Source: an uncultured Candidatus Rokubacteria bacterium (lineage in GTDB: Bacteria; Methylomirabilota; Methylomirabilia; Rokubacteriales; CSP1-6). From it: 64,000 nucleotides of DNA. This document shows, piece after piece, positions 43,751 to 53,516 of this stretch. The first letter of the stretch is position 1. Each line of letters begins with the position of its first letter. The position numbers were made by a program, and so were the translations under genes. Where the stretch lies: NCBI GenBank assembly GCA_963789955.1, contig CAWBMV010000001.1, positions 736,001 to 800,000 of the forward strand, read 5' to 3'. The notes under the pieces are model-generated. The model was not told where the DNA came from. It ran no database searches and saw nothing but the letters and a program-made list of their open reading frames with translations.

Positions 43751-43899
43751 CTGGGGGCGGGCGGAGTCGGGCTCGGGGGGTCCCCCGCGACCCGACTGCT
43801 TTCCTGCGCGACGCGGCGACATCTCGCGCGCTTCGTGCTGGCTATGCTGCCTACACGGGTCGCGGGGAACCCCCCGAGCCCGAGTCCGCCCGCCCCCAG
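43751..43899. repeat. Long inverted repeat (44-bp arms, 2 mismatches), MITE/REP-like
   Basis: 43751-43794 is the reverse complement of 43856-43899. Confidence 0.85.
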
Positions 43900-44132
43900 G
43901 TTCCGCTCTGACGATGCGGAAGGATTGGTGGGACACGACTGCTGTGCTTGGGCTTGGCTCACTGCGATTTCCGGGCACCGGTACGATCGCGAGCTTGCGA
44001 TCCGTCGCGCGCTAGGGCTGCCGGGCTTAGCGATCGAGCGGATCGGATCGCGGAGTTGTGGCGTAGTTGGTTTCGACGGCGTGAGTTGTCGAGACCGACT
44101 GACGTCGGCTGGGCGTGGTGGGCCGCGGGGGG

Positions 44133-45327
44133 TTAGCGGTCGCGGGGTGGGGTGGGGCGGTCGGGGGTTGTGCGGTCGGGGGCTTCGGCGACGCGGAGCT
44201 CGATCGTCTTCTTTGCGCGGTTCCTGACGATCTCGATCTTGACGGTCTTGCCCACCTCGGCGTCGGCCGAGAGGCGCTGGAGCTGGCGGTAGTCGTCGAC
44301 GGGTACGCCTTCGAACGTCACCACGACGTCGTTCTTCTCGAGACCCGCCGCTGCCGCGGGCCCGCCGGGGTACACGCGCGCCACGACCGCGCCGCGCGCC
44401 TCCGAGAGCCCGAACGATTGCGCCAGCTCGCTGGTCAGCGGCTCCATCGCGATGCCGATCCATCCGCGGGTGACCTTACCGCGGTCCATCAGCTGACCCG
44501 TCACACGCTTGACCATGTTGGCGGGAATCGCGAAGCCAATGCCCTGGCCGGTCGCCACGATGGCCGTGTTGATCCCGATGACTTCGCCGCGCAGGTTCAC
44601 GAGCGGCCCACCCGAGTTGCCCGGATTGATCGACGCGTCGGTCTGGATGAAATTCTCGTACGTGGCGATCCCGACGTCGGCGCGGCCGGTCGCGCTCACC
44701 ACGCCGACCGTGACGGTGTTGTCGAGCCCGAACGGATTGCCGATCGCGATCGCCCATTCGCCGACGCGCAGCGAGTCTGAGTTGCCGAGCGTCGCCACCG
44801 GCACGGGCGCCGTCCGGATCGAACTGGATCACCGCGAGGTCCGTCGTCACGTCGGCGCCGATGATCCGGCCCTGATATTCCCGCTTCGAGGCCAGGCGCA
44901 GCAGCACGCCGTCGGCGCCCCGCACGACATGGTTGTTCGTGAGGACGAAGCCGCGCTTGTCGATGATGACGCCCGAGCCGAGCCCCGGCAGCTGGAACTC
45001 TTCGCGCTGGCGAGGGCCCCGCGGACCCAGGAACTGGTCGAAAAAGTCCTTGTACGCCGGGTCGTCGGCGTACGGGCCCGGCGCGATCGGTGGACGACGA
45101 CGCCTGGCGACCTGGACCGGGCTGATGTGAACGACGGCGGGTCGAACGTGCTCGGCGACGCTCACGAATGCCGACTGGAGCGCCTCGGCCGCGTTCTGGG
45201 GCTGTGCCGGCGCCGCCACGATGGTGGACGATCGCGAGAAGAACAGCGCGTGAGTCCAGAAGCCCGCGCCGAGAAAGGCAAAAATCGCACAGGCTGCCAG
45301 GGCGATGCGGACACTGCTCGGCACCAT
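44133..45327 (-). CDS. HtrA/Do-family serine protease with PDZ (frameshift ~44810)
   Basis: [36 protein letters not shown]. Confidence 0.92.
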
Positions 45328-45378
45328 CAGGAACGCCTCGGGCCTCGGATCTCCGCTCTCGCCGAAATAGCGAAGCGG

Positions 45379-45407
45379 ATCGTACCGAGCGGACACCCCG
45401 GTGTCAA
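45379..45407 (-). promoter_or_regulatory. Sigma70-type promoter for the htrA-like gene
   Basis: Minus strand TTGACA-17 nt-TACGAT. Confidence 0.65.
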
Positions 45408-45503
45408 GGAAACTATTGCAATACTATGCATTTTCCTTGACCTCCCCAATTCCGAAAAGAGACAATGCCAATAATTTCTATATTTGGTGTCGTGGACGAC
45501 CGT

Positions 45504-47078
45504 ATGAAGGCCGGTAGTCTACGCAGGTGCCTCAGCCTGCTTCTCGTGGTGTCCCTGCTGGCGCCAGGTCCGGGGTTCGCTCAAATTCCGAGCACTCCCC
45601 AGTCGCCGCAACCTGGACCGCCCGCGCGGCCGACCCCGAGTCCAACCGAGCCAACCCCGAGCCCAACCCCGGCCCCGGCCGCACCGTCGGCGTCGCGCGG
45701 GCTGACACCCGGGCCCGATTATCGACTGGCGCCCGGAGATCTGCTGGACGTCCAGATCGCGGGCCGCCTCGAGGTGATCCGCCAGCAGACCGTCGTCGAT
45801 CTCGAGGGTGTGATCAACGTGCCGCCGCTCGGGGCGCTTCCGGTCGCCGGCCTGACCTTGCTGGAGGCGCATCGCAAAGTGTCCGAGCGCGCGCGCGACG
45901 TGTTCAAGTTCGCGGACGCGACCATCACGGTCGTGGCGCCGCGCACGTTCGAGGTGACCGTGTCGGGCGAGGTGGAGCGTCCGGGCACCGTGCAGACCAC
46001 GGCGATGCGCCGCGTGTACGACGTCATCCTCGAGGCCGGCGGCATCACGTCTCGCGGGAGCATGCGCAACATCGTCCTGACGCGCCGGAGCGGCGAGCGC
46101 CGGGCCGACCTGCTCGCGTTCCAGATGCGCGGTGATCTCGCGCAGAACCCGTTCGTCGAGGAGGGGCTTCGCATCCACGTGCCGCCGCGCTCGGGCTCGG
46201 TCACGCTGTCCGGCGCGGTGCGCCGCCCCGGTGAGTACGAGATCGGATCGACGCCGTCGCTGCGCGATCTGCTGGAGCTGGTGGGCGGCTTGAGCCAGAC
46301 CGCGGCCCTCGCGGATGCGCGGATGACGCGCGTCGGCGCCGGCGATCGCCGGGAAGCGATGCCGCTCGATCTGCGCGTGGCGCTCACGCCTCCGGCCGAC
46401 GTCACGTTGCGCCCGGGCGACGCGATCTTCGTGCCCGGGACGTCGTCGCTCCAGGACATCATCGAGGTCCGCGGCGCGTTCAACGGCACGGCCGAGAGCA
46501 CCAAGGCCACGGTCAGCGGCAAGTCGACCATCCTGCAGCGGTTCGAGCTCGCGCAGGGCGAGCGCGTGCGTGACGTGCTCGAGCGAGCGGGCGGCGCGTC
46601 GGTCTACGCCGATCTGAGGCTGGCGCTCGTCGAGCGGAGTAGCGCGACGGGCCCGCGACAGCGTATCCCGATCGACCTCTACCGCATGCTGGTCGAGAAG
46701 GACGACACGCCGAACATCGTGCTCCAGAACGGCGACGTGTTCACGTTGCCGATCGTCGAGGACAAGATCTTCATTCTCGGCGAGGTCAAGACGCCGGGCC
46801 CCCAGGACTTCCGGCCGGACCTGACGCCGCGAGAGTACGTCGCGCTCGCCGGGGGCCCTTCGAACCGCGCGCGGCTGGTCAACACGCTGGTCACGTTCCG
46901 CAACGGCAAAACCTACGTGATGGCCGATGCGCCGCCGCTCGAGCCCGGCGCGGTGGTGACGGTGCCCGAGGTCGCGGTCAAGTGGTGGCAGGACTACGTC
47001 ACGATCCTGACGGCGGTCGCCACCCTGGTCACCGCGTACACCGGCCTCTACTTCATCTTCAACGGGCAGGCCAACTGA
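45504..47078 (+). CDS. Polysaccharide export protein, Wza/KpsD-like, multiple SLBB domains
   Basis: DYRLAPGDLL, V.GEV.RPG repeats, C-terminal hydrophobic helix. Confidence 0.85.
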   Translation: MKAGSLRRCLSLLLVVSLLAPGPGFAQIPSTPQSPQPGPPARPTPSPTEPTPSPTPAPAAPSASRGLTPGPDYRLAPGDLLDVQIAGRLEVIRQQTVVDLEGVINVPPLGALPVAGLTLLEAHRKVSERARDVFKFADATITVVAPRTFEVTVSGEVERPGTVQTTAMRRVYDVILEAGGITSRGSMRNIVLTRRSGERRADLLAFQMRGDLAQNPFVEEGLRIHVPPRSGSVTLSGAVRRPGEYEIGSTPSLRDLLELVGGLSQTAALADARMTRVGAGDRREAMPLDLRVALTPPADVTLRPGDAIFVPGTSSLQDIIEVRGAFNGTAESTKATVSGKSTILQRFELAQGERVRDVLERAGGASVYADLRLALVERSSATGPRQRIPIDLYRMLVEKDDTPNIVLQNGDVFTLPIVEDKIFILGEVKTPGPQDFRPDLTPREYVALAGGPSNRARLVNTLVTFRNGKTYVMADAPPLEPGAVVTVPEVAVKWWQDYVTILTAVATLVTAYTGLYFIFNGQAN

Positions 47079-47081
47079 TCC

Positions 47082-47888
47082 ATGTACGAATCGTATTGGG
47101 AGCTGAGCGAGCCGCCCTTCGACAACTCGCCGAACCCGAAGTTTTTCTATCTGTCGCCCGAGCACGAGGAGGCGCTGGTGCGCCTCGTCTACACGGTGCG
47201 GCACCGGAAAGGCTGCGGGATGCTGACCGGAGAGTACGGCTGCGGCAAGACGACCTTGTCGCGCGCGCTCATCCAGCGCCTCGAGGCCGAGCGTTACGAG
47301 ATCGGGCTCTTGACGAACCCGAGCTGGACGCCCGTCGATCTGCTGCGCGAGGTGCTCTATCAGCTCGGTGTCGAGACGCAGGAGACGCGCAAGCCGGAGC
47401 TCCTGCACATGCTCAACGACCTGTTCTTCCGGAACTACCAGGCCGGGCGTGACAGCGTCGTCATCGTCGACGAAGCGCAGCTCATCGAGGACGACGCGGT
47501 GTTCGAGGAGCTTCGGCTCCTGCTGAACTTCCAGACCGACGACCGATTCCTGGTGACGCTCCTGCTCATCGGCTCGCCCGAGCTCGGTGTGAAGGTCCGG
47601 CGTCTCAAGCACCTCGATCAGCGCATCAGCCTCCGCTACCACCTCAACACGCTCGACGACAAGCACACGGCGAGCTACATCGCGCATCGGCTGCGGATGG
47701 CCGGTCAGCCGAATCAGCTCTTCACCGAGGAAGCGATCAAGCTCATCTTCGACTTCACGCGGGGCACGCCGCGCGAGATCAACAACCTCTGCGACGTCGC
47801 CCTCCTGGTCGGGTACTCCAAGCGCGTGAAGGAGATCGGGGAAAAGATCGTCGCCGAGGTGATCAAAGACATGGTGGGGGTCTCCTGA
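47082..47888 (+). CDS. ExeA/GspA-type AAA ATPase
   Basis: Y...WEL...PF...PNPKFFY...H.EAL, GEYGCGKTT, VIVDEAQ, LLIGSPEL, G.PREINNLCD. Confidence 0.88.
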   Translation: MYESYWELSEPPFDNSPNPKFFYLSPEHEEALVRLVYTVRHRKGCGMLTGEYGCGKTTLSRALIQRLEAERYEIGLLTNPSWTPVDLLREVLYQLGVETQETRKPELLHMLNDLFFRNYQAGRDSVVIVDEAQLIEDDAVFEELRLLLNFQTDDRFLVTLLLIGSPELGVKVRRLKHLDQRISLRYHLNTLDDKHTASYIAHRLRMAGQPNQLFTEEAIKLIFDFTRGTPREINNLCDVALLVGYSKRVKEIGEKIVAEVIKDMVGVS

Positions 47889-49009
47889 TGGTGCGCATGA
47901 GCGACGTCGTGCGCGGTATCGTCCGCGAGAAGTCCGCGGACGCCGTCCAGGACGCGCCGGCGCCGGCCGCGCCGCCGCCGCCACGCCACCTCCGCCGCGT
48001 CCACGCCCGGTCGTGGAGGCGCCGCGGCCCGCGCCGCCGCCGCCCGCCGCCGAGGAGCCACGCGCCGTCGAGCCGGGTCCGAGCCTCGACGCGCTGCCGA
48101 TCGAGCACGAGACGCCTTCGGAGAGCGTGGAGCCGCTCTTTTCCGAGCTCCAGCTCTTCCTCGCCCGCGTCCGCGAGCTGATCCGCACGGGGGACGCGTT
48201 TCCGTGGTCGGAGTACGAGCAGCTCATCGATCGCGGCGCGGTCTCGCTGGAGCGGTCGAGCGAGCTCTTCTGGGTGGCCAACAACACGGCGGCGCTGACC
48301 GGCGTCGACTACCTGGCGTTCCACCAGGCGCGCGTCGCCGTGCTCTCGATGTCGATCGGCGCGAGCGTCGGCTACGACCGCCCGCGTCGGGTCCAGCTCG
48401 GCATGGCCGGCGGCCTGATCGACGTCGGACTCTGGCAGGTTCCCGAGGCGTCTGCTCCGACGGCTCGACGCGCTGTCGGCCGACGAGCAAACGATCTACC
48501 GCTCGCATCCGCGGCTCTCGGTCGAGCTGATTCGCCGCTGGTCGCCCCCGCGCGAAGGCCTCGTCGAGGCCGTGCTCCAGCACCACGAGCGCGAGCAGGG
48601 ACAGGGCTTCCCGCAGGGCCTGCACGGCACCGCCGTGAGTCAGGACGCGAAGATCCTCGGTCTGATCGACACCTACACCGGGCTGACGATGCCGCCGGCG
48701 CCGCGGCCGCGGCTCAGACCGCACGAGGCGATCCGCGAGATCGTACGCTCCAAGCACGAGGCGTTCCCGTCGGCGCTCGTGAAGGCGCTGCTCTCGGAGA
48801 TCTCGGTGTTCCCGCCCGGCACGCTCGTGCGCCTGAACACCGGCGAAGTCGGCCGCGTGATCGCCGTGAATCGCAACCATCCGCTGCGCCCGCGCGTCGA
48901 GATCGTCGCCGACGGCAAGGGCCAGCGGCTCACGTCACCCAAGACCACTGACCTCGCGGAGGCGCCGTTCCTCTACATCACGGGCGCGGTCGCCGAGGGC
49001 GGACATTGA
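47888..49009 (+). CDS. HD-GYP-like protein, degenerate (frameshifts ~47990, ~48450)
   Basis: H.ARVA, LIDVG, HHEREQGQGFPQGL, FPPGTLVRLNTGE.GRV. Confidence 0.78.
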
Positions 49010-49019
49010 GGATTCGCTA

Positions 49020-51401
49020 GTGGCGCAGTACGAGATGAACCTGCGCGACTACTGGCTGATCGTGCGCCGCCGGCGCATGATCATCATCGCCTCGACGGTG
49101 CTGGTCGCGCTGCTGAGCTTCGGCTTCGCGCGCCAGAAAGTTCCGATCTACCAGGCCACCGCCGCGGTCAAGTTCGAGCAGTCCACCCAGCTGTCGGGGC
49201 TCCTGGTCGAGGTCCTGTCGTACTCGAGCGCCGATTCGATCGAGACGCAGGTCACGATCATCAAGAGCTACCCGATCCTCGAGGACGTCGCCAAGCGCCT
49301 CGGCTACCTGAAGGAGATACCGACCGGCGCGGCCGCGCGCGAGGCGAAGGGCTACTGGGGGACGCTGGACTCGATCAACGCCAAGCTCAGGGTGAACCGC
49401 GTGCCCAACACGAGCATCCTCGAGATCACCGCGACCTCGACGAAGCCGCGGGAAGCCCAGGACCTCGCCAACGCCACCGCCGAGTCGTACCGCGACTACA
49501 ACAAGTCCCTGCGGAACTCGCGCGTCACCGAGGCGCGCCGGTTCATCGAGAATCAGCTGAAAGACGTCGAGGCGCGCTCGCGCCGCACCGAAGCGGAGAT
49601 CTGGGCGTTCCGCGAGGCGAACCGGATCGTCGCCCCCGGCGCCGAGTCGTCGGTGCTGATGTCGGTCTTCACCCAGGTCCGCGGGGACATCGAGAAGACC
49701 CGGCAGCAGCGGATCGAGCTCGAGTCGCTCCAGCAGCGCCTGGCCGGGCTCGACGCGGCGGCCCCCACCGACCGGATCTTCATCGAGACGTCCAATCCGG
49801 CGATGCAGAAGCTGCAGGTGACCCTCTCGGAGCTGCAGCTCGAGCGGAACAACCTCTCGCTCGAAGTCACGGACCGGCACCCGCGCCTGCAGGCCATCGA
49901 CGACCGGATCCGCGAGATCCGGGCCGAGATGCGCCGCGAGGTGGCGGCGCAGATCGCGATGCTGCGCAACCGCGAGGAGTTCCTGAATCGCCAGATCGGT
50001 GAGCTGCAGCAGAAGAATCGCGAGCTGCCGACCCTCGAGCTCTCGTTGCAGCGCCTGCAGCGCGAAGCCAAGACCAACGACGACCTCCTGGCCCTCCTGA
50101 AGACGAAGCACCAGGAAGCGCTCATCAAGGAGGCCGAGCAGATCGAGGAGGTCTCGATCGTCCGCCCGGCGACGGAGCCGGACTCGCCGATCGGCGGCGA
50201 GACGGCGAACACGATGCTCGTCGGCGCCGTGCTCGGGCTGGCGCTCGGGCTCGTCCTCGCGTTCGTGCGCGAAACGCTCGACACCTCGATCGGCACGATC
50301 GAGGACGTCGAGGCCTACCTCGGCGTGCCGGTGCTCGGCGTGGTGCCGCACATCGACTCGCGCGAGACCGTGCAGCGAATCCTCGAGCGCCGGCCGGCGC
50401 TGGCCACGATCGATCCCGAGGCGCTCCTGAGCCATTCGCTCCTGATCACGCACTTCGACCCGAAGTCGCCGGTCGCCGAGGCGTACCGCACCCTCCGCAC
50501 GAACATCCAGTTCGCGCGCATGGAACGCTCGGGCAAGGTCCTCGTCGTCTCGAGCCCGACCTTGCAAGAGGGCAAGACCACGACGATCGTGAACCTCGCG
50601 CTCACGATGGCCCAGAGCGGCCAGAAGACCCTGCTGATCGGCGCGAACATGCGGCGGCCGAGCATCCACCGGTTCTTCGGGATCGAGCGCGAGCCCGGGC
50701 TCTCGAACATCCTGGTCGGCAGCGCGCAGTGGCGCGATTGCATCCGGACGGTCGCGGACATCCTCATGGGGCGGTTCGAGATGGAGGACATCATGGCCGC
50801 CCCCGGCCTCGACAACCTCCACATCATCGAGGCCGGTCCGGTGCCCGCGAACCCGTCGGAGCTCCTGTCGACTCCGGCGATGACGGGATTCCTGCACTCG
50901 GTGCGCGACGTGTACGACGTGGTCCTCGTCGACACGCCGCCGATCCTGCCGGTCACCGACTCGGCGATCGTCGCCTCGCAGGCCGACGGGGTGGTCCTCG
51001 TCTATCAGGCGGGCAAGGTCGGACGGCTCGTGCTCAAGCGCGCGAAGGTCCACGTCGAGAACGTCGGCGGCAAGGTCTGGGGCGTGGTCCTGAACGACGT
51101 GAAGACCGAGATCGCGGGCTACGCGTACACGCAGTACTACACGCACTACTACGGCGAAGAGACGGTCGTCGATCCGCGCAAGGAGCGCCTGCAGCGCGTG
51201 GGCGACTTCGTGCGCAACCTCCTGCGCCGCGGGCCCCGCGCCGAGGCCGTCGCAGTCGCCGATCACGAACGCGCCGCACTCGAGCCAGGCGGCCGATTCG
51301 CTCGGCTCTTCGTCCGAGGCCGCGCCCGCCGTCGAGCCGACCGATTTCGACATGCCGACCGCTCCGGATGTTCGGCTCGCCGAAATCGAAGCGCCTCCTG
51401 A
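49020..51401 (+). CDS. wzc: Polysaccharide co-polymerase / BY tyrosine kinase (3' end uncertain)
   Basis: NLRDYW Wzz N-terminus, coiled coil, EAYRTLRTNI, EGKTT, VDTPP, Tyr cluster GYAYTQYYTHYYG. Confidence 0.88.
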   Translation: MAQYEMNLRDYWLIVRRRRMIIIASTVLVALLSFGFARQKVPIYQATAAVKFEQSTQLSGLLVEVLSYSSADSIETQVTIIKSYPILEDVAKRLGYLKEIPTGAAAREAKGYWGTLDSINAKLRVNRVPNTSILEITATSTKPREAQDLANATAESYRDYNKSLRNSRVTEARRFIENQLKDVEARSRRTEAEIWAFREANRIVAPGAESSVLMSVFTQVRGDIEKTRQQRIELESLQQRLAGLDAAAPTDRIFIETSNPAMQKLQVTLSELQLERNNLSLEVTDRHPRLQAIDDRIREIRAEMRREVAAQIAMLRNREEFLNRQIGELQQKNRELPTLELSLQRLQREAKTNDDLLALLKTKHQEALIKEAEQIEEVSIVRPATEPDSPIGGETANTMLVGAVLGLALGLVLAFVRETLDTSIGTIEDVEAYLGVPVLGVVPHIDSRETVQRILERRPALATIDPEALLSHSLLITHFDPKSPVAEAYRTLRTNIQFARMERSGKVLVVSSPTLQEGKTTTIVNLALTMAQSGQKTLLIGANMRRPSIHRFFGIEREPGLSNILVGSAQWRDCIRTVADILMGRFEMEDIMAAPGLDNLHIIEAGPVPANPSELLSTPAMTGFLHSVRDVYDVVLVDTPPILPVTDSAIVASQADGVVLVYQAGKVGRLVLKRAKVHVENVGGKVWGVVLNDVKTEIAGYAYTQYYTHYYGEETVVDPRKERLQRVGDFVRNLLRRGPRAEAVAVADHERAALEPGGRFARLFVRGRARRRADRFRHADRSGCSARRNRSAS

Positions 51402-52198
51402 TGGGCGCGGTCGTCGTCGCGCTGCTCGCGGCGCTCGGCGGACTCGCCGGCTGGCGTCTGGGCTGGTTCGGGGGCTCGCAACGGCCGAAGGAGATCTTGC
51501 GCCAGCGCCTCGAATCGCCGGCTCCCGGCCCGACCAAGGCGCTTCCGGCGCCACGCTCCGTCACGCCGCCGCCGGGCGCCGCGGCGGTTCCGTCACCCGA
51601 GTCCCCGGCGCCGGCGATGAGCCTGGGCCCCGCCACGGTCCCGCCCGCGCCGGTCGAGCGTCCAGCTCCGGTGGTGTCGGCGACTCCGCCCAAGCCGGCG
51701 ACCCAGCCCGCGCCCCAGCCCAGCTCCAGTCTTCCGGCGGGGGCCCGCTTCGCGGTCGAGTTCGGGCCGTTCATGACGGCGCCCGAGGCCGAGCGCGTCG
51801 AGCGCCAGCTGAGCGAGGCCGGCTACCCGACGGTGCGCTTCCGCCAGCAGACCGGCGCCTCGCTCTACGCCGTGCTGATCGAGAAGCTTCCGAGCGCGCG
51901 CGACGCCCAGGCGCTCGTCGCGGCGCTGCGCCAGCAGGGATTCGCCGAGGCGTTCGTGGTCGGCGAGCGAGAGCCGCTGAGCGTCCAGGTGGGCTTGCCA
52001 CTCCCGTTGCGCGGCGCGGTCCAGGCGGCCGAGCGACTGCGCGCGAGCGGCCATCAGGTGCGCGTCGCCGCCCAGCCGGGCGAGGCGGTGATGTTCGCCC
52101 TCCGGCACGGCAACTTCGCCACGCTAGGGGAAGCGGAGGCGAAAGGTCAGGAGCTGATGCGCCTCGGCCTGGGCAACCAGGTCGTGCGAGTGAAGTAG
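51368..52198 (+). CDS. TM + Pro-rich linker + SPOR-domain protein (possibly the C-terminus of Wzc)
   Basis: Hydrophobic helix, Pro/Ala linker, repeated V..G.F....A.....L...G units. Confidence 0.65.
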   Translation: MFGSPKSKRLLMGAVVVALLAALGGLAGWRLGWFGGSQRPKEILRQRLESPAPGPTKALPAPRSVTPPPGAAAVPSPESPAPAMSLGPATVPPAPVERPAPVVSATPPKPATQPAPQPSSSLPAGARFAVEFGPFMTAPEAERVERQLSEAGYPTVRFRQQTGASLYAVLIEKLPSARDAQALVAALRQQGFAEAFVVGEREPLSVQVGLPLPLRGAVQAAERLRASGHQVRVAAQPGEAVMFALRHGNFATLGEAEAKGQELMRLGLGNQVVRVK

Positions 52199-52202
52199 CC
52201 GC

Positions 52203-53516
52203 GTGGATTCACCCTTCGTTCTGGCCGCCGCGCTGGCCGTCTTTCTCATCGTCTTCGTCCGGATCGAGTTCGGGCTGTACCTCGTGATCTTCTCCATGCT
52301 GCTCTCGCCGCAGCTCGGCAGCGGTGGCATGGTCGCCGAGGGGCGCCGCATCGTGATCCGGAGCGAGGACATCCTGCTGCTGGTCGTCGCCTTCAGCTGG
52401 CTCGCGAAGACCGCCGTCAACAAGGAGCTCGGGCTCACCCTGAAGACTCCGCTCAATCGGCCGATCCTGGCGTACGTGGCCGCCACCGCGATCGCGACCT
52501 TGATCGGGTACATGACGGGCACGGTCGCCGGCTTCGGCGGCGCGTTCTACGTCCTCAAGTACGTCGAGTACTTCATCGTCTACTACATGGTCGTCAACAA
52601 CCTCATCGATCGGCGTCAGGCGTGGCGTCTGGTCACCGCGGCGTTCCTCACCGCCGTCATCGTGAGCCTGATCGGCATGACCCAGATCCCGAGCGGGCAG
52701 CGCGTGTCGGCGCCGTTCGAGGGCAAGGAGGGCGAGCCCAACACGTTCGGCGGCTACCTCCTGCTGCTGATCGCGGTGGCCGGCGGCATCGCGCTCGAGA
52801 CGGCGCGTCTGCGGACCCGCGCGATCTACCTGGGGCTCGCCGGGCTCATGTCGATCCCGTTCATGTTCACGCTCTCGCGCACGTCCTACGTGGGCGCGAT
52901 CCCGGCGGTCGCGGCCATCGGCGTGCTCACGAGCCGGCGTCGCCTGATGGTCGTCGCGCTCATCGTCGGTCTCGTCGCTTCGCCGGTGGTCCTGACGATC
53001 TTGCCGGAGTCGGTCACCAAGCGCGTGCACTACACGTTCGAGCCGGAGCGCGGCCAGCCGACGATCCGGGTCGGCGCGGTCGGCCTCGATCCGTCGACCT
53101 CCGCCCGACTGATCAGCGTGAAGCAGGCGTTCGAGGGCTTCTCCCATCGTCCGATCTTCGGCTACGGCGTCACCGGCTTCGCGTTCATGGACCAGCAGTT
53201 CGCCCGGACCTTGGTGGAGACGGGCATCGTCGGCCTCGTGACGTTTCTGGCGCTCATCTGGGCGGTGCTGAAGGCCGGCGTCGTCGCGATGCGCAACCTG
53301 ACCATCCCCGAGGATCGCGGGCTCGCACTCGGCTTCGTCGCCGGCACCATCGGCCTGCTGGGCCACGCGCTCGGCGCCAACACCTTCATCATCGTGCGGA
53401 TCATGGAGCCGTTCTGGTTCTTCGCCGCCATCGTGGTCGCGCTGCCCGGCCTGGCCCAGGCGGAGACGGCGGTCGAGCCCGCGCCGGTCGCGCGCTTCTC
53501 CCGGCGCGTCGCGTGA
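52203..53516 (+). CDS. O-antigen ligase / Wzy-like polymerase
   Basis: Multi-TM, EPNTFGGYL, TLSRTS, PIFGYG, LVETGIVGL. Confidence 0.8.
   Translation: MDSPFVLAAALAVFLIVFVRIEFGLYLVIFSMLLSPQLGSGGMVAEGRRIVIRSEDILLLVVAFSWLAKTAVNKELGLTLKTPLNRPILAYVAATAIATLIGYMTGTVAGFGGAFYVLKYVEYFIVYYMVVNNLIDRRQAWRLVTAAFLTAVIVSLIGMTQIPSGQRVSAPFEGKEGEPNTFGGYLLLLIAVAGGIALETARLRTRAIYLGLAGLMSIPFMFTLSRTSYVGAIPAVAAIGVLTSRRRLMVVALIVGLVASPVVLTILPESVTKRVHYTFEPERGQPTIRVGAVGLDPSTSARLISVKQAFEGFSHRPIFGYGVTGFAFMDQQFARTLVETGIVGLVTFLALIWAVLKAGVVAMRNLTIPEDRGLALGFVAGTIGLLGHALGANTFIIVRIMEPFWFFAAIVVALPGLAQAETAVEPAPVARFSRRVA

Noticed and set aside
36395..45000. Prophage/ICE or defence island after the tRNA
   Set aside because: No integrase, transposase, phage or defence genes recognisable
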